Assembly: GCA_964035545.1 (NCBI GenBank)
Contig: OZ037769.1
Coordinates: 4,135,929 to 4,199,928 of the forward strand
Direction: 5' to 3'
DNA: 64,000 nucleotides
DNA from: Bugula neritina
Taxonomy: Eukaryota; Animalia; Bryozoa
A model generated the notes under the pieces. The model saw only the letters and a program-made list of their open reading frames with translations. It ran no database searches and was not told the DNA's origin. Below are positions 57,163-64,000 of this stretch, in pieces. Within the stretch, counting starts at the first letter, position 1. Every line of letters begins with the position of its first letter. A program made the position numbers and the translations under genes.

Positions 57163-59019
57163 AATGTCAACTTCTACCACTACTATATTACATCAAAGAT
57201 ATATTATTGGCATTAAAAATTTGTCTTTTAATAATATCTAATTGAGAGTATCAAATGCACACATGTTGCGTTCAAATCTCTGGGAACACTATTGTACTTG
57301 AATATTTTAAAAAGGTTTAGTTCTGGGCATTGATTGTTTACATAGTGTTTTCATTTTATACAGTTGAACAACAAGTAGTTCGAAATAAAATAGTATTGCA
57401 AAAGCTGTTATTAAGAATTTCACCATTATTTTCTGGAAGCTAATTGCATCACAATTATTTATTATTATAAAATCTGTTGCTGCTCTAAAAGCTTCTTTAT
57501 TTTGCATGTATCTTTTGGATATGACCGTACACTAAATTGATGCACAAATACACTTATAATAATTTTGAGCAATTTCTTCTAAACTTATCTGCATGCTAAT
57601 TCAGCTCAAGCTCTGAATGTATTATAAAAGTAAGTGATGAGTAAAAACCTTACTTTAGATTCGTAAGAAACACTTCAGCTAAAAAAGTTTTGAAATTTTA
57701 TTTGAGCTTTTAAAATTGAGATTCATAATTAAGGTGTGGTATCTAATGATCCAAGACAAAAAAAATACTACAGTGTAAAGGTAAAGACTCCAATTTACCT
57801 TTCTTTTAAGCAATAGTATTCTTGCATTTTTAAAGCTATGATTAGACAAGAAAATAAGTTTACAACAGATATATACGCTTAACTATATAAACATTCATAG
57901 ATTATATTATAAGCTGAACTATTTACAGATATTAGTTGCATATATAAAGATTGCGTAAAGTAATTTATTCTTCAACATAACTTGAAATTTTACCAGTGCA
58001 TCACACGGCTTTTACGACTGTCAGGGTCGATCCTCATTTTGCCATTTCGCGATATTAGCCGCAATAAACAATATATTTTCGTGCGATAACATCGACTGTC
58101 TAGGGCGCTACTGTTGACGAATCAGAACAAAGAGAGCACATGAGTGCTGTAAACATGTACGTGTTGTTATGGTTACTAATGATGATCTGCTACGTAATTT
58201 TTGTAGTAGACAACTCTCACAGAAATCATTAATTTGTCTTTTTATTATTTAGCTAACAACTTTTGCCTAGAAAAAAGCAAAGGTAAGGTGGCTCAAGCAA
58301 TCCTGTATTTTTTTAGAATGTTTTAGCTTAAATTCTGTTTGGTTTATCCTACTAGAATGTTACCTGCTGCAGCATCAACACTATCATTGCAAAACTATAT
58401 CTACTTATAACAAAATCTTGATGCACATAGCAAAATTATCTACTTTATTGTGGCGGATGTGCAAGAGTTTGGAGTCATCTCATCAATTACACATAGCAAC
58501 AGAAGAACACAATATAGAAATAACAGAAAGCCAAAGACAGTATACCTTTATTTTTAACCAAAAAAGAATTTTGTTAAACATTATATTGTTTAGTTCACCA
58601 TAAAAAAACTGATTTTACAAGTGGTTACATCTTTTCCGAAAATAAAAGTGCCATGAAGCAGCCGAAAATGAAGTCGTCCGCTCACCAGACACCTAAAAAA
58701 TAATTATGCAACATGATATTTTTAAAATTAAACACAGATATGCAAAAGTCATCACCTACATAATTTTTTATAAATTTAACAAGCTTGTTTAGTGAAAGTG
58801 TATAATACAAACACTAATGTTGATAGCGAAAATGCCATGTTCATGCAAGATAGTAAATCAATATAAATAAGGAGTCATATCATATCTATGTTATATATGT
58901 ATTCAATTCTGGTTTATGCTTTATGCCTTTAACTATGAGTGCACAACCACTAATCCTATTTCTACCAACACCATCTCTACCACTAACAGTACTAACGTCA
59001 GAATCAAAAGCAACTTCAC

Positions 59020-59082
59020 CACTACTACTAATAATGTTATTATTTTATTATTATTACTTCTACTACTATACTACTGCTACTA

Positions 59083-59125
<43 letters not shown>

Positions 59126-59650
59126 GCTACTGCTACTACTACTACTGCTACTACTACTACTACTACTACTGCTACTACTACTACTACTACTACTACTGCT
59201 GCTACTGCTGCTGCTACTACTTCTACTACTGCTACTACTACTGCTACTGCTGCTGCTACTACTTCTACTACTGCTACTACTACTGCTACTACTACTACTG
59301 CTACTACTACTTCTACTACTGCTACTACTACTACTACTGCTGCTACTACTGCTACTGCTGCTGCTGCTGCTGCTGCTACTACTTCTACTACTGCTACTAC
59401 TACTGCTACTGCTGCTGCTACTACTTCTACTACTGCTACTACTACTGCTACTACTACTACTGCTACTACTACTTCTACTACTGCTACTACTACTGCTGCT
59501 ACTACTGCTACTGCTGCTGCTGCTACTACTTCTACTACTACTACTACTACTACTAACTAGTACTACTACTGCTACTACTACCAGTACTGCTGCTACTACT
59601 ACTTTTACCACTACTGCCGCCACCACCACTACTAATATTGTTTCTACTAC
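59020..59650. repeat. Compound (CTA)n/(CTG)n trinucleotide repeat
   Basis: Direct reading; gives poly-T/A, poly-L and poly-S ORFs in three frames. Confidence 0.95.
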
Positions 59651-61469
59651 AAGTACTGTAAATCTTACCAGCAGCAAGTTATATTGGAAACTGTTTGCTC
59701 ATTTTATCATTGTATTAGTGCAATAACAAAATGTTTATATTTTAATATAGTCAAACCTTTTAAAAAACTAGGCTGCTACTTATGAACTAAGAAGTTGTGC
59801 TACCCACCTTGATATGCACTCAGCTCCAACACCAAGCAGGTGGTTATGATGCTTCTCCACAATGGCCAGGCCATCCAGCTGTCCGATTGTATGCATCTAC
59901 GTAAAAATTATTGGCATATGGTGCAAGAAATGATTAAAAACCAGATAGGTGTGCTAGAATTTATACAGCATAATATAGAGTAAGGTAAAAGAGAACAGAC
60001 CGTCAAGTGGTACAGCATAGAAACAATTACTAGCTATTATATGCTTTATAGAAGTTGGCAAATTGTAGCCCACTAGATATGAACTTTGGTTAGCATTTTA
60101 TTTTGGCTTTCAGCAACTGCTTTAATCAATAATCTTGGCAAAACCAATATGTTTACAAATTAACACCTCCACTAGATAGGTATACAGGTCAAAATATTCC
60201 AATTGGTGACATACTAAAAGAAAATGTATATTTATTCATCTTTGAAAGATTGCTAATAATTTATAAAACAGCGTCGAAATCACTAAAGTAACAGCGCAAA
60301 TAAGTTTATTAAACAGCATTATAGGATTGCCTATTACTAGTTTCATGATTTCTATTATTTTACTGGTTTTAAACATAATATAGGCTGAAAAAGCAATATT
60401 AGTTCTCTCACTTTTGCTAACTACATTGCTTGGAAGGCCATCATAATTAGATTAGATCAAACAAATGTGTTGACAGGTAGACTGGAACAGGCCTAAAATT
60501 TGCAAGGTATAATTTAAATTTATCTGGCCTGAAATTGCTGAAACTGACAATACAATAATATGAGAAACAAGCAGGGTTTTTTAATAAAGCTAGCAAAAAT
60601 AATTCCTCTACATATAATTAACATACAGTCCATACATATAATATATTACTATGTCCAGGCAGCAGTGCTTGTTCTAGCCAAAAGAAAACTGATTTAATGG
60701 CTGATTTTAATGGCCAACAAGAAATTTATGGCGCACAGTGGCATTGTCATATTTTTAATATTCAAAATTACAGTTCTAATCTATCAATCATTTTATCAAT
60801 ACTACTATACTATGATCTACTACTGCTGCTGGTTCTACCACTGCTACCATACTGCTGAGTAATGCAAGCTAAGTAATTTAAATTGCAATTAAAAAAATTA
60901 TCGGACTTTCTTTTCTATTACCTGTCCAGTTTAGCATTTCTTTCATCATAGCTTGCCATAGTAACTTGAAAATTCACAGGGTTTGAGTTAGACCTATGGA
61001 ATATACTTACAAGTAGAATGAACCCACAGTTCTGCAATATATCATAAAAACATTCAAAATAAAACTATAGGAAAACCAAGTAAATGCTTCTAAGTATTAG
61101 TGCAAGTAAAGATGCTATGCAATCTATCCAACAAGCAGCCAAATGTCTCAAAATAAGCTTCAGAGTTATAAATATAAAATGTTTCCAAATCAAGGCTAGC
61201 AACACTTCTGTTGTTGTGATAGCAAATTTTGCTTAATAAAGTAAGGAAACCAGCTTCCCTTGCATGACTCAATTTCTATTAAAGAAAAATTATACTCTCC
61301 TATAATCGCTGAAACACAGGCCTGTCACAAGTACATGAATGGTAAATCTAGATGTTTCCCTAAAACCATCATCAAAACAGTAAACACACTGCAAAATATT
61401 TATTTTTACTTTTTCTGCTCAAACATTTAAATGGGCTCTGCAGGATATGACAAATACCAAAATAATTCC

Positions 61470-61900
61470 GCTTTGTGAACTAGCAAATATGGACAAACAC
61501 CCTAATATTCACGCCAATAGAAAAGTCTACGCATTTTGTGTTCTCAGCATTCTTCCTTGTGGATGAAAAAAATGGGCAACATGTGGACTGCAAGAATCAA
61601 AGCTCAGCACTTTTCATACCTGGAGTTTAAAATGCATGTTGAGTAAAATCTGGGAAGATAAAATGGTAAATGAAGATGTATTTGAAATCACAGACCCGGA
61701 TTCTCCATCGTCAAAACTGAATTTCTTCTGTCTTCACTGGGCTGGTCAACATGCCAAAGTATCTCATCCACCGCACTCGATTGCATGCATTAATATCAAA
61801 AGGAACTCATCCAGCTAGAAGAACTTATATCTAAGGTTTGAGGATGTCCTGAAACAAGAGCTTAAGGAATTTTACATAAAATCCAATCAATTTACCACCT
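61470..61900 (+). mobile_element. Old degenerate RTE LINE 3' fragment
   Basis: Frameshifted translation KVYAFCVLSILPCG...KLSTFHTWSLKCMLSKIWEDKMVNEDV...LHWAGQH...LRFEDVLKQELK is collinear with the C-terminus of the 38931 ORF. Confidence 0.75.
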
Positions 61901-63019
61901 CCCAAATGAAGGCAAAGCATTCATGCAGGATGGGCATTCAACACTGAAAACAATATAAAGGGATCCATGGCTAGATGTTCAAGACATGAATGCTAAGGGT
62001 GTCATGCATATGATCACTGAGATATTTATGACAATCTCTCAATATACCTTAGCATATTAAATATGCTTGTAGTTATAGCTATTACTATAGTTGTTATATA
62101 TGCTACTAACTAACAAGCAATAACCGTATTACAAACATAGGTGAATGAGAAAAATAATTCAATAGTGGTGATATCAGTATGGGTATTATAATTTAGCAAT
62201 TGGCATAAAAATTAAAAATGATGAATGTAATGATGGTTAAAGTTATTAGATACCTAAACTTATACCTATATTAATTAAAACAGTGACTTGTTGAAATATA
62301 AATAAATTAATATTCATTAAAACTTCATTGAATTAAAAGATAATTTTGAAGCAAAATGAACAGTTAAAATAAATTTATTCACAATAATTTTAACCCTTTA
62401 TGATCAACCTTAAAATTAAAACTCAAGTATTTGTAGCAAAGTTTTGAATAAAGTTGGATTTTGCAACGGTTTGAGATACTTTCACTAGCACTATGTGCAT
62501 AACTGTATAAGTTTCATCATATTGATACAGTTACATACTCATACTCAAATATATAGTAACATTCTCAATAAATCAGGTATTAGTATTGAGATTGCGTTGG
62601 TCGAGATAACATCATGGTTACTCACTTATGGTTGTATACTTTAGCTTATACTTCTAGTTAAATGTACTACTGCCCTATTATTAAACTTAATCTTAGTCTG
62701 TCATCACTTAGAAAACATAGTTCAGTCTTGAGGCAAATCAGTTTGAGTGTCGTTAGTTTCATTACCAGTAGTCATTAGATTTAGTCAGTGCACTTGAAAT
62801 TTATTGATCAATATTACCATCAAATTTAAGTGACTATTATTATGAATACTATATCCATCAAATATCAAAAACTGCAAACTTAATAAGTATGATTAAGAAA
62901 ATCACAGCCAACATGGCGATGATTGAATTGTATGCTCGTGCTATTGAGATTCCTAACATAAAGGTTAACCTCACATAATGATTAGATAACAATCATATTC
63001 AATTTTTCATTACTGCCAT

Positions 63020-63155
63020 TTGTTAGGAAAAGCATCCAGTCATAATTGCTCCTATGCTCCAAATAAATAATTCCTTAGCCCCATTTAACAAAAAAACCTT
63101 TCCCATCAGGGGTTTCTCACAGGGATGCCAACTATAAACTTGCACAAGTTTTATT
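63020..63155 (+). mobile_element. 5'-truncated copy of the same SINE
   Basis: tgttaggaaaagcatccagtcataattgctcc...ggggtttctcacagggatgccaactataaacttg. Confidence 0.7.
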
Positions 63156-63229
63156 TAATAGTAAATTAATTTACTTATATAAAAATTATTACATTCACAG
63201 TGATACATTGATGGTCATAATATTTTATA

Positions 63230-64000
63230 TATCAATATCATCATTATGATACAATTATCACTATTACTATTAGTATTACTATATGATAACTTATCAATAA
63301 AACTTCATAAAGTTCATGAAAAACATTAAATATAACAATTTAATCAAAACTAAATCAATGCCAAAGGGCAAGGTAGAGTCAAAATTAAATAAGCTATAGG
63401 GCGTAGGCTATAAGTATAAGTATAATTATCACTATAAAACTAAGTGACTGATGAGTTGGTACTTGGTAGCATAAACATAAAATGAGCATAAACAAACATA
63501 AACTAAAACACCATTACATATATGATTTATGACCCTTAGGTTTCTACTTTTAATTTTAGCTTTACCTTGTCTTTTGGCATTGGTTATTGTATTAGTTTAG
63601 GTTACACCACTATCAATTACTATGACTATGAATATGAGTGAGTAGCCTTGCCCGTAGAACTAGGAGTAGGAGTAGATCACTAGTAGTAGAAGTATGGGTA
63701 TCGGGGTATGACTATAAGTATAACTCATAGTCACAGTATGAGTATCTTACTGAAAGTGATACTCATAAACCTAAAGTGATAATCATAATGATACTCAGCA
63801 TAACATGTAAGGTGTATGATACTCAGTCTCAGTTATACAGAGTAGAATATCAAACTTTAAGTTTAACTGCTACTTTAAAGTAGGACTTAGACATCACCAT
63901 TTATGGGTATGTCATACCGTCATAGACTATAGACATAGTATAAGGTTCTAATACTATAAGCATAACTATTACTATTAGTATTACTACTATAAGTATAAGT
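63230..64000. repeat. Degenerate hexamer-period low-complexity region (TATAGT/TATGAC/TATAAG-like)
   Basis: Recurrent 6-bp periodicity, e.g. actataagtataagt, tatgactatgaatatgag. Confidence 0.6.

Noticed and set aside
57990-58700. CpG-rich patch with weak inverted ends (ggtcgatcctcatttt / aaaatgaagtcgtcc), possible DNA transposon
   Set aside because: TIR match too short and no TSD or second copy to define boundaries
58916-59726. Poly-Thr / poly-Leu / poly-Ser ORFs as proteins
   Set aside because: Stop-free frames are expected from a (CTA/CTG)n array

Overview
AT-rich animal (invertebrate-like) genomic DNA with spliceosomal introns, so the ORF track misses the real genes. Manual splicing reveals a cluster of seven intact paralogous 7-exon genes (copy 1 +, copies 2-5 -, copies 6-7 +). 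Each encodes a 178-184 aa secreted protein: signal peptide, hypervariable His/Tyr/Asn/Pro/Arg-rich N-terminal peptide, then an invariant 12-cysteine core that I cannot assign to a known family. The paralogs share a CCAAT+TATA core promoter and arose by tandem and inverted duplications; copy 1 looks chimeric. The window also holds a 271-bp tandem dimer with type I hammerhead ribozymes inside a (TA)n tract (non-LTR retrozyme / Penelope-type) plus a solo hammerhead. Other features: a PAN + F-type-lectin pseudogene with two probable decayed paralogs, a young 5'-truncated RTE LINE, an old RTE fragment, four tRNA-derived SINE copies (one split by a Harbinger-like MITE), palindromes and many microsatellites. 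All coordinates and translations were read by hand; no database searches were run.
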